Of a stretch of DNA of 64,000 nt, positions 27,207 through 38,867 are shown piece after piece. Made by a program: the position numbers and the translations under genes. Location: NCBI RefSeq assembly GCF_036365525.1, contig NC_090371.1, positions 216,807,056-216,871,055 on the forward strand. The letters are read 5' to 3'. A model generated the notes under the pieces. It did not search any database. It was not told where the DNA came from and worked only from the letters and a program-made list of their open reading frames with translations. This DNA is from Heterodontus francisci. Its lineage: Eukaryota. Within the stretch, counting starts at the first letter, position 1. The number at the start of each line of letters is the position of its first letter.

Positions 27207-28944
27207 ATGCTGTCAATGTGCCGTAAAATGCTCATTAGATTTGCCAAATTGTCTTTGATAGAGTTAGTCCCCTTTAATTTGGTCAAATATATCAAAACTT
27301 GGGTAAAAAACAATAAAATTACAGTTTCTCATATTAAGTAAATGGTAAAGTGCCTTACAGTGCCTGCTCAATCTCGGTGTCCCAGAACACTTCAGTCAAT
27401 GAAATAGTCCCTTTTGTTATTGTGCAAACACTATAAAACATTTCATGACTCGGTATTCACCCAGCTGCAAGGCAATTTACTGTAGTGATGCCTATCTCTA
27501 AAATGGGTTTCAACTCTATTTAATTACAAATGTATTGTGACTGATTAATGATGAGCAGTCTTTAAGTGTTACTTTATTAATAGTTACATATTTAAAGTGT
27601 GTACATTCCAGTATATTTCAATACCATCCAATGCTTTCTGGACCTGCCTACTGCAAGCTCAGCAGCTTTTTGTATATAGACTAACTCTCTGACCTTGACC
27701 GGTACAAGAGAGAATAATTATTCTTGATCATTGAAGTAATTAGGTTATTAGATTCCTCACAGCTGAAGACACTGTTTGATGATCCAGTTGCATCCGAGGA
27801 GGACAACAAATTATGGGGCCGATTTTAACCTGACCCACCCAGTGGAAATCGGGAGGGTGACCAGTTTAAATAGAGCTAGCTACTTTCCCATTCGCAACCC
27901 AATTCTAACTTTAACCAGCAGCATTCTGCAGGCAGCTGAGGCACCCAACTAAAGCGGGCAAGAAGCTGACCAATTTATACAAATAGGGGCCCTGTGATGT
28001 CAGTTGGATGCCAATGATATTTTAACTGGGATCTGTGCAGGGAGGTCACCGTGGCTTTACTGCCAGGCTGGAGCAGACTGGCAGCTGGTGGGAAGGATGA
28101 AGTAAGTGAAAAAATTATCTTTGTGGGACTAGGAAGAGCAGAAGTGCTCCTCAGACCTCACAAGTAAAATCACAGCCTTCCCCCACCTTCCCTCCCATAA
28201 AAGAAGCCTGAAGGTTGCAGGAGTAAGAAAAGACTATTTAAAAACATTTCCTATTTTTATACTGACATTTAAACCTATTATAGGCCAGGCAGTAACTTTT
28301 GCATCTGTACATTAGCCACATCCCTCTGTAATGTAGCAGCAGAAAGCACTTCATGAACTAAACACAAAGCAGAATAAGCAAACAGAATTTTATTAAACCC
28401 AAAGCTGTGATAATGAAAGTGTGTGTATATGTTAACGAGGATGTGTATTTACCTTAAATGTAAGAATGACCAAACTATAATGGTATTCACTGAAGTAAAG
28501 GTATGGCTGAAGGGTGCTGTTGAATGACAAGTAATGAGGTGGTTTTGTTCTCAGTAAAGAGCCACAGAACCCTGGCATGTTGTCTGCTGTAGGACTTGCC
28601 GGCCTTCAATCATCACTCTATATTAACTGAAGTAACTAGCCATTAGTGCTGCTGCTGTGTAATGCTGGCCTTGGGCTATTGGATTGCAGTTTGAAATTGC
28701 AGCCTCAATCTGTTGCTTGATCTTGTGTTCTCTCATTGGCCAAGATTCATGCAAGATTTTGGCTGGCATGCCTTGTGGAGCATTTCACAGCAGAGCAGTC
28801 CACCATCTTGGTGAGGAGAAAGGGAAGCAAGGAAAACTGAGCAGCACAACACTGATGCCAGAAAAGCCTCATCTCCTGTCATGGAACAGTGATGACAGCA
28901 ACTGTGGAGAAGCCTTTCGCCCAGACCATCATATTCTTCCAGCT

Positions 28945-29432
28945 AAAGGAGTAAGCATGGGGAGTAGCGAGATAAAGGAGTGAGCATGGGGAGTAGCGAG
29001 ATAAAGAAGTGAGCATGGGGAGTAGCGAGATAAAGGAATGAGTTTGGGGAGTAGCAAGATAAAAGAGTGAGTGTGGAGAGTAGTGAGATAAAGGAGTGAG
29101 TGTGGAGAGTAGTGAGATAAAGGAGTGAGTGTGGAGAGTAGTGAGATAAAGGAGTGAGTGTGGAAAGTAGTGAGATAAAGGAGTGAGTGTGGAGAGTAGT
29201 GAGATAAAGGAGTGAGTGTGGAGAGTAGTGAGATAAAGGAGTGAGTGTGGAAAGTAGTGAGATAAAGGAGTGAGTGTGGAAAGTAGTGAGATAAAGGAGT
29301 GAGTGTGGAAAGTAGTGAGATAAAGGAGTGAGTGTGGGAAGTAGTGAGATAAAGGAGTGAGTGTGGGAAGTAGTGAGATAAAGGAGTGAGTGTGGGGAGC
29401 AGCAAGATAAAGGAGTGAGTATGGGGAGTACC
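28945..29432. repeat. 29-bp purine-rich minisatellite (GAGATAAAGGAGTGAGTGTGGAGAGTAGT), about 16 units
   Basis: Tandem period of 29. Confidence 0.95.
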
Positions 29433-29584
29433 AAGGGGAATCCAAAGGAGGGGAGGGGAATTTAAAGGTGCAAATGAAAATTTGAAGAGGATTGTACTGC
29501 TTATCCATCAAAAAATAATCATTTACAATCACTCGAGATAGAATATTAGTTCTCAATCCTTGATGGATATGAATAAAAGAACAA

Positions 29585-29770
29585 ACAAAGCTGCATTTAT
29601 ATAGCGCCTTTTCAAATCTTAGGCTATTCCAAAGTTCCGCACAGCCAATGAGGTACAGTTATTGAAATGTAGTCATTGTTGTAATATCGAAAGTGTGGTA
29701 GCCAATATGTACACAGCAAGCTCCCACAAGCTGCAATGTAAAAATGACCAAACTATTTGTTTTTGAATAC
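29585..29770 (-). mobile_element. DeuSINE (SacSINE1-like) 3' fragment
   Basis: gcatttatatagcgcc..acagccaatg..cacagcaagctcccaca motif shared with 53315-53612. Confidence 0.65.
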
Positions 29771-31653
29771 TAGTTCTAGGTGTGACCTGATCAAACTGAA
29801 CCTCCAGTAAGGCTTCCAATTTTTATTTTTGCATCTAATTTGTAATTTGAGTTCATAAGCTAAATGAAATGATTTTGAGTTCAGCAACAGTCCAATGTGA
29901 CAGAGAAATGAAAACACAGCTGCATTTTGCTGCAGGTGTCTGTTTCTTGGCTGCAAGTTCCAGTGTATGGGGAGGCAGTGAGGTCGGCTATCCGAGGTCT
30001 GTGACTGGGAAAGGTCTATTTAAGAGAAAGGATATTTAGTGTGGGATAGGCCTGGAAGGTCACAGTGTTTTAAAGCTCCCCCTTGGTGACTGCTCGTAAA
30101 TATATCTGTTGCTGACACAAAATAAGAGATTTTAACGACATGGTTCACTAATGTCATAGGTCCCAGTTCTGGGTCTTCCATCTGGTGTGACGTTGAGTTT
30201 CCAGTGGGCAGGCCACAGCACTTGGTGTGCTGTTACTTTACTCAGGAACTTGTTAGGCTGCCGGCACTTTGGTGGTGTCTCTTGTACCTGAAAGGAAGAG
30301 GGACCACTGATCATTTTTGCCATACACTAAGAAGAAAATCTTCTGATCAAAACTGTAACCTGTTATAGTGGTAAAGACAGTCATGTCATCTAAATGTTCA
30401 TCTCTCACAGGCTGTCCCTACAAAGCCTCGATCGATGCACCTCTAAAGTCCATTCTTTCCTTTTTTTGACTTCTTCATTCAATGACGCTTGTCTTCAATG
30501 TTGAATAAAGCTGGAGCCTGTGATCTTAGTCTACACATAATAACCATTAATCTCAGCACCTTAATTTCCTCACACCAGTATGACCTGTCAGGATGGCAGT
30601 CAATCTCCAAGAGATGTTGCTGTTCTAGATGATGATTTCATTCTCTGTCTTGACATGCAGAACTCTATATTTCATCACAGGATGTGTATAATTTATTGAA
30701 ATGTTGTGGGTGTTGATGACATGTTTATTTTTTAAGATCCTGAGGCACAGTTGTCATGGTGTGTCAGGTTTCATTTGATGCCATTTGCTATTTTACGTGC
30801 AAAGTATTTCCTTTGTTTTTGTCCGGAGGTGGTTAGGATTTCAAATTAGCCCACGGGTGTCTAACTGTCTATGAACTTGTGATGGAGCAGTCACTCTTAT
30901 TCTGTTTTCTTTTTAATAAACAACAGTTTTTTTTTTAATAAAAAGGTTTTTTGGGTGCTGTGTAAGCTTTGGAGAATTGCTTAACCTGCACTGTCAAAGT
31001 CTTTAAAAGCAAAGTATTTAATCCAAGGCATTGCAAGTAATTTTAAAATGTGGTTTTAATGAAAGTGGAAGGTTGTGAGGATCAGCCGGACAGGTATACT
31101 AGGGTCCAGACATGGATGAAATGTGCACTTCCCATAGTTCAGGGGTTGAGAACTTGATTTTAATGCTGTTGACCCATTGACTTTTCTGTTAGTTTTAAAG
31201 TCATTTTGATTAATCTTTGTAGCAATGGGATCACTTTACATCTACTGTGTCTGTCTTGATACCTTGGCTAGTCAGTGTAAGTAGGTTGGCAAATGATAGA
31301 AAGGATCAGAATCCATTGACCACCCTTGCATAACATTTAGTGAGACCTGTTATTTGAGTTAGTGTGGAGAAGCTGCTGTCCTCAAGCTTGGGGTTGTTTC
31401 CAGCATTGAAAAGGACTGAATGACTCCTGCACTAAAGAGAGATCATTCCCATCAGCGCGACTCAGGCAGGCAGGGGATGGGAAATTCAGTAGCACATAAT
31501 CCCACACATTACTTTATGGAAATATAATAGCAATATTTTCAATTTAAGGTTAAACACCACCCCCCCCCCCCCCCCCCCCCACACCACACACAGATATTAT
31601 GTAAGAGCTTAAGTTAAATAAGTTGATTTTTCATGTAAATGTGAGCACACATG

Positions 31654-32405
31654 GGGCTGGATTCTGTGGAGATGGCAGGGCTCCCAGCGTCAGGACGTAA
31701 AGGTGGGGAGAACCCCACCTCAGCCTTAACGCACACCCCGCCCACCACCGGTGTGATTACTTTTCTGGATGCGAAGTTTCCGGTGCCGGGATCTCTGTCT
31801 CTTTAAAGACGGGGATCCCGCCACCATGAGCTGCTGGCCAATCGCCAGCCACTCAGAAGTATTGGCAGACCCACCGGGAGCGGAGGCCTTGGACGCAGGC
31901 CCAGTGCTGGAACCCTGGACCGCAGGCAAATGAGGAGGGGTTGCCGGGGCCAGTCTGGAAGTCCCAGCGAGGTGGGAGGGGTGGTGGGCTTGAAATCCAA
32001 GGGGAGGGGGACCAGGGTGGTGGAGGTTTTGCTTGTGGGGGTCCTCCGTGGGCCACATAGTGCTGATGGAGGACGGATCCCCCCAAGCCTGCAGGGAGTG
32101 CGTCTCGTATTACAATTCATTCTCACTGTGTGGCGGAGGCCCGCCCCTCCCCCCACCACTGTTGCTGGTTAGAAATTAGCAGAGGCGGAAAGAGGCCATT
32201 AATAGGCCACGCAAGGGCCTCAATTGGCTTCTGGGTGGGAAGGCTGTCATCAGCCTATCTTGCCCTCAGCAAAATCGTTAGGCGACAAGACAGTGACGGG
32301 CCCTCCGCTCCCCCGCCAGACGTCAAGATTCAATGGGCAACCCCCCACACCCTCCCCCTACCGCCTCCGACCCCATCCTGGGGGGGTGGGGCCAAAAATC
32401 CAGCC
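31654..32405. mobile_element. Harbinger-type MITE
   Basis: gggctggatt / aaaatccagcc ends; internally similar to 52261-53016. Confidence 0.75.
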
Positions 32406-32414
32406 TGTGATTTC

Positions 32415-33560
32415 CTGATAGGAACATGGGAACAGGAATAGATCATTTAGCCCCTAAAGCCTGTTCTACCATTCAATTAGATCACAGCTAATCTATCTGA
32501 ACTCCATGTAACCACCTTGGTTATGTAACCCTTAATATCCTTGCCTCACAAAAATCTATCAATCTGAGTTTTGTCATTTTCAATTAACCTTGCATCAATG
32601 GCTTTTTGGGGGAAAACATTCCAGATTTCCACTACCTTTTGGGCTGGATTTTAGGGACCACCACAAGGTGAGATTGGAGGTGGCGGGGGCGGGGAGGAGT
32701 GGGTTGTGAGGTGAGGGACACAGAGTAAAACGATGGATGACACGAGTCTGGCGGGGCTTGTTGCCTCCCCGCTATCCAACATCTTCCTGGGGCGGGATAG
32801 GCCGATGATGGCCTTCTCACCCAGAGGCCAATTGAGGCCCTTAAGTGGCGTATTAACAGCCAATTAGGGGCCTCTTCCCACCACTGATGGGATCTTAGCA
32901 AAGGCGGGGGGGGTGGGGGAGGTCTTCCACTACGTGGAGAGGATGCCTTGTAATACGAGGTCGCCTCCCTGTGGGCTTGGGGTTGGGTCCTTAGTCCGTG
33001 GGCAATTCTTGGCACATGGAGGGCCCCCCATTGGGAACCAATTCACCCCCGGGAGCCCCCTCCCCCTAGTCCACAAGACCACCACCCCCCCCCCCTCATC
33101 GACGGGGTCTTCCGGACTGGCTCCAGCGACTCTGTTTCAGTTACCTTGGGTCTGGGGTTCCAGTGCTGGGCCTGGGTCCAAGGCCTCTGCAGTACCAGTA
33201 GTGGCCACAATTCCCAGCGGCATTGCCGATACTGCTGAGCTGCAGGTTCTCTTTAAAGGGACGGGGATCCCACCTCCTGAAACTTACATTTAAAAACACC
33301 GGAGGATTGCTCCGGGGGGCTGCGAAAATGCAGAGGCGGGGTTCCCCCCGCCTTTTCTGCCTGGCATCTGGAGCCCTGCCTCCGAAACAAGATCCAGCCC
33401 TTTCTGTGGTGAATTGTTCTGACATCAACCCTGAACAGTCAATCGCTACTATTAAGGTTACACTCCCTTGTTCTGGACTCCCCCACCAGAAAAAAATAGT
33501 TTCTAACTACCCTATCAATTCCTTTAATCATCTTCAACCCCTCAATTTGTCCATCCTTTA
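32415..33560 (-). mobile_element. CR1 3' fragment interrupted by a MITE
   Basis: ataggaacatgggaacagga tail; CR1 sequence resumes after 33400. Confidence 0.6.
32641..33400. mobile_element. Harbinger-type MITE (opposite orientation to the 31654 and 52261 copies)
   Basis: TIRs gggctggatt / gatccagccc; TSD TTT. Confidence 0.8.
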
Positions 33561-34534
33561 ATCTTGACATTTACAAAGGAATCCCACTGCATGCTTAGCC
33601 CCTTCTAGCAATGAATCTTACCTGTTGTTTTTAGAAGCTATGCTGCATTATCATCTCCAAGAGAGGGTATCCTAGAATGCCAAACAAGGCAACCCTTCTA
33701 ACACCAGCAGTGCCACTTTACTCAACATCAAAAATAGAGGGTAATTTTCTGCTGCTTGAAGATCTGCTACCATCGGGTTTGTGTCAGTGCTGAAAGTAGA
33801 AGTTGGTCCCCTGATGTTTGCACACTGTGCTGACAATCACCAACCTATAGATAGTTCTTACTTCCATGTGTATTTTAACTACCATCAATTTACACCAGCT
33901 AGTCTTCTGCAAAGGATAAAGATCAATTTGCAGTCTTTTGTAAAAGCTGTAAATCTTTTGACCCCAAAAGAGGGTCACTTACCTTTATTTTGCAGGGAGA
34001 TTTGGGGAAAGGAAATTAGTGTTCCCTAATGTAGGTGCAGGAGTGAGAATAATAGAAGAATTATGTGTGGCCTTTGGATAGAGCAGGCTTTTTGGGCCTG
34101 ATTGTCTTTCTCCTCTCTGGGCTTTCTTTTGTTCTTATCTCTTTAAATTTCAGCAGTTTGTGTCAAAGTTTGATTGATGATGCTTCTATGAAGCATCTTC
34201 GGACATTTTAATACATTAAAGGTGCTATATAAATGCAAGTTGTCATTGTTTTTGATCCTCTCCTGCACTGGCTGCAATGTCGGCTGGGAGCACAACATGA
34301 ATAATGAATTAGGGACGACCCCAGAAAATCCCATGCTGTTGACCAAGTGTGAAGTTGTCCAATATTGCATTCCCCGATGCTCCAGCTCCACTGCCTTAGT
34401 GCCAGGATCAAAAAATTGACACTAGAATTCGTGATACAATATTTGGCATGATCGTCGCTCACCTCGCAGTATTCTGCTCCACAATTTGTGCTGATTTAAC
34501 AAGGTGCTCCTGAAAGTGCTTCTGGTTGTAAGAA

Positions 34535-34681
34535 AGAAAGTCTTGCATTTATCTATCACTTTTCATGGCCTCAGGATGCCCAAAGTATTTACGATCAATT
34601 TTTAAAGTGTAGTCGGTGTTGTAATTGGGGAAACGCAGCAGCCAATTTGTGTACCACAAGCTCCCACAAACAGCAATGAAA
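34535..34681 (-). mobile_element. DeuSINE fragment interrupted by a LINE
   Basis: Deu-domain sequence stops at cagcaatg and resumes as aatgaccaga at about 35491. Confidence 0.65.
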
Positions 34682-35492
34682 TATCCAGGCTTGGGCTAAT
34701 AAGTGGCAAGTAACATTCGCGCCACACAATTGCCAGGCAATGACCATCTCCAACAAGAGAGAATCTAACCATCTCCCCTTGACATTCAATGGCATTACTA
34801 TTGCTGAATTCCCCCACTATCAACATCCTACGGGCGACCATTGACCAGAAATTGAACTGGAGTAGCCATATAAATACTGTGGCTACAGAGCAGATCAGAG
34901 GCTAGGAGTCCTGCGGCGAGTAACTCACCACCTGACTCCCCAAAACCTGTCCTCCAACTACAAGGCACAAGTCAGGAGTGTGATGGAATACTCTCCACTT
35001 GCCTGGATGGGCGCAGCTCCAACAACACTCAAGAAGCTCGACACCATCCAGAACAAAGCAGCCCACTTGATTGGCACCCCATCTACAAACATTCACTCAC
35101 TCCACCACTGACGCACAGTGGCAGCAGTGTGTACCATCTACAAGATGCACTGCAGCAACGCACCAAGGCTCCTTAGACAGCACCTTCCAAACCCGCGACC
35201 TCTACCAACTAGAAGGACAAGGGCAGCAAATGCATGGGAACACCACCACCTGCAAGTTCCCCTCCAAGTCACACACCATCCTGACCTGGAACTATATTGC
35301 TGCTCCTTCACTGTCACTGGGTCAAAATCCTGGAACTCCCTTCCTAACAGCTCTGTGGGTGTACCTACCCCAAATGGACTGCAGCAGTTCAAGAAGGCAG
35401 CTCACCACCACCTTCTCAAGGACAATTAGGGATGGGCAATAAATGCTGGCATAGCCAGCGATGCCCACATCCCATGAATGAATTAAAAAAAA
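34682..35492 (+). mobile_element. CR1-group LINE 3' fragment (same family as 5110-6356)
   Basis: YKAQVRSVMEYSPLAW; gggatgggcaataaatgctgg tail plus poly(A). Confidence 0.85.
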
Positions 35493-35947
35493 TGACCAGA
35501 GGAATCAGAGTTAATGTTTCAGGACGATGACCTTTCATCAGAATTCAAAAACTCAAATATACCAAAATGTATATGTGGCCATTTCTCACCAGCTGAGCAA
35601 CTTAACTCATTTGACTTCTAAAAATATGAGTTGAATAAACCGGTGAATCATTCCACAGATACAAATACCTTACTGTGCAGGACATTGAGGGGACACTTAA
35701 CCAAGAGGCTGCACCATGCTTGTGGAGATTTAGTGCTTTGACTATCCCACTAGTTATTTCACTGATCAACACAATATTTCATTACAGACAAAGCACTACT
35801 TTGTACAGCCCAGTTGAAAGCCATATCTGTCAGCTGTTCTCTAAAGGTTTAGAGCTTATGGCTCAAAAGCACTTTGTGCTAACCAGATTATTTTTGTCAT
35901 TGTGTTATCACTGATTTTTTTTCCCTTCTTTGTCCCTTAATTCTCAG

Positions 35948-36010
35948 GAAGCTGTGCATCTGATCGAGACCTGAAGAAGATTGTCGTCAAGTCTCATAAT
36001 GTTATATAAA
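35948..36010 (+). other. Candidate short terminal exon of an unidentified host gene
   Basis: ctgat branch-like motif, long polypyrimidine tract and ctcag acceptor in non-repetitive DNA; stop codon in every frame; AATAAA at 36641. Confidence 0.3.
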
Positions 36011-36734
36011 GTTGGATTCCATTCTTATTTGGACAAACAGGAAAACGACTTAATCACGCTTGAGCCCAATTCCTATGCCCTGCTGAAAAGCTAGGATTAG
36101 TTAAATCTCTTTTGATAGATCTTGCCACAAAAATAGAAGATTGAGATCTGTGACTTTGCACTCACTGATATTGATCTAGAATAACAAAGGCTTCTTTGCA
36201 TGCACGAGGGAATCAATTAAGATTTGGAATTTTTATACTTTTTTATCAAGTAATTAAAACAATTAACTTATCACAATTCTATGCTGAGTTTTGATTAGTT
36301 CAAAGAGAACACTCCAAGTGTGAAAGGCCAAATGAAAGATCAATTGGGGCAAAGCTCATGAATTTTTTTGCACCTTCTTTACCGTACTTACGGCATTTGT
36401 GGTGTTGTTTCAGCTCAAAGTAACATTTAGACATGCTTGCAGAAGCCTTGCTTCAACAAAATACTATTGATATGTTGACAATTAAAGCAAATCTTCTCAT
36501 TTTTTTGTTTACTCTGAAGGCGACAGTTATGAACTGCTTGTTAGACCATATGCGCTTCCATTGCTTTTTTATGACTTGAAGTGTTGTATGTGAATCTTTA
36601 TCCTGGAATGTTATGAAATGTTTGTGGAAAGCAGATCCAGAATAAAAATACAATTGACTTTTGTTAGTAATTCAGCTATGCTTGCATTGAATTTGCTTTT
36701 GTGATGATGCTGAAAGGAGAGGTCAGTTATCACC

Positions 36735-37109
36735 TATTTCCACCTCCGTAACATTGCCCGATTTCGCCCCTGTCTCAGCTCATCATGCCTTCAAGACCTT
36801 TAGACTTGACTATTCCAGTGCACACCTGGCTGGTCTCCCACATTCTACCTTCCATAAACTTGAGGTCATCCAAAGCTCTGCTGCCCATGTCTTAACTCAC
36901 ACCAAGTCCCGTTCCCCTGTCACCCCTGTGCTCACTGACCTACATTGGCTCCTGGTCAAGCAACGTCTTGATTTTAAAATTCTAATCCTTGCTTTCCAAT
37001 CCCTTCTTGGCCTCGTCCCTCCCTATCTCTGTAATATCCTGTAGCCACAAAACCCTCTAAGATACCTACGCGACTCTAATTCTGGCCCCTTGTGCATCCC
37101 TGATTTTAA
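36735..37109 (+). mobile_element. L2 LINE 3' part (left half, split by the Tx1 array)
   Basis: RLDYSSAHLAGLP..LHWLLVKQRLDFKIL. Confidence 0.85.
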
Positions 37110-38865
37110 TTTTTTTTTCCCAAAAATGTACTTTATTCACAAATATCTGTAAAAAATACATTACAAAACAGTTCAACAAAGCACCAAGCTGACATTCAAA
37201 GGAAAGTGCAAAGGAAATCAGTTTCCGTCAATACAGGAGTGAGTTGCCTCACAACCCTTCCATTCCATTTTTCATGCCATGTACATTTTACAGCCAACCC
37301 ATATTTGGTGTATACAGCCCGAGGGGTTTTCCATGGATCCAGCCCCTCAGTTCAGCTTGGTGGGGGGACCTTACACAGTGGTCTTTCCCCATTGAGCCTT
37401 TGCAGCGGCTGCCCTAAGCTTTAGTGCCTCCCTCAGCACGTAGTCCTGGACCTTGGAATGTGCCAGTCTGCAACATTCGGTCGTGGACAACTCTTTGCAC
37501 TGGAAAACCAGCAAGTTTCGGGCAGACCAAAGAGCGTCTTTCACCGAATTGATGGTCCTCCTGCAGCTGTTGATGTTTATCTCAGTGTGCGTACGTGGGA
37601 ACAGCCCGTGGAGCACAGACTCCTGTTTTACAGAGCTGCTTGGGATGAACCTCGACAAAAACCACCGCATCTCTTTCCACACCTGCTTTGCAAAGACACA
37701 TTCCAGAAGGAGGTGGGCAACTGTCTCTTCCCCACCACAGCCACCTCGAGGGCATTGTGCGGAGGGGGCGAGACTCCGGGCGTGCAGGAAGGATCTGACA
37801 GGAAGAGCCCTTCTCACCACCAGCCAAGCTACGTCTTGGTGCTTGATTAAAAGTTCTGGTGATGAGGCATTCTGCCAAATGACTTTGACGGTCTGCTCGG
37901 GGAACCATCCGACAGGATCCACCATCTCCTTTTACCGTAGGGCCTTGAGGACATTCCGTGCGGACCACTGCCTGATGGATTGGTGGTCAAAGGTGTTTTC
38001 CCGCAGAAACTGCTCCACGAAGGATAGGTGGTACGGCACCGCCCAACTGCATGGAGCGTTCCGCGGCAATGTGACCAGGCCCATCCTTCGCAACAACAGG
38101 GACAGATGGAACCTCAGCACGTAGTGATACTTGGTGTTTGCGTACTGGGGCTGTACGCACAGTTTGATGCAGCCGCACACGAAAGTGGTCATTGGGATGA
38201 GGGTGCGGTGGATACATTTTGCCAGCCCTTATCCAGAGGTTTGAACATCGTGTCCCTCCAGACCCGGTCCATTTTGGATCTCCAGATAAGGCGGAAAATG
38301 GCTCGGGTGACTGCCACAGCGCAGGAGTGGGGTATGGGCCAGACCTGCGCCACATACAGTAACAACGTGAGCACCTCGCACCTGATGACCAGGTTCTTAC
38401 CCACAATGGAGAGAGATCCCTGCCCCCACATGCTCAGTTTATGGTATATCCAGGTTAATCGCTCCTTCCAGGTTTTGGCGCACGCCCCAGCCCTTCCGAA
38501 CCATATCCCCAACACCTTCAGGTAGTCTGACCTGACGGTAAAGGGCTCAAAGGCCCGGTCAGCCCAGCTCCCAAAGAACATGGCCTCGCTCTTGCCGCGG
38601 TTCACTTTGGCTCCCGAGACCAGTTCAAACTGGTCACAGATACTCATCAGTCTGCGAGCTGACAGATCTGAGCAAAAGACAGCAACGTCGTCCATGTACA
38701 GGGAGATTTTTACCTGAGTGCCTCAGCTGCCTGGGATTGTCACCCCTCTTGAGCCCACATCCTTCCTAATGGTCTCATTAAAAGGTTTGATACAGCAAAC
38801 AAACAAGACAGACGAGAGAGGATAGCACTGTCTGTCTCTAGATTGGATCGGGAAACTTTCTGATT
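37110..38865 (-). mobile_element. Tx1-clade copy A, 5'-truncated and decayed
   Basis: YMDD; C-terminal CPRGGCGGEETVAHLLLEC; poly(A) at 37110-37118. Confidence 0.9.
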
Positions 38866-38867
38866 TC

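Noticed and set aside
28879-29556. Long minus-strand ORFs (158-225 aa)
   Set aside because: Translations of the 29-bp minisatellite in all three frames
31558-31580. Poly(C) tract, possible G-quadruplex
   Set aside because: Simple homopolymer of uncertain length with no informative context
33622-33671. Possible minus-strand exon with a strong gtaaga donor
   Set aside because: Stops in all three frames and a modest acceptor; no other support
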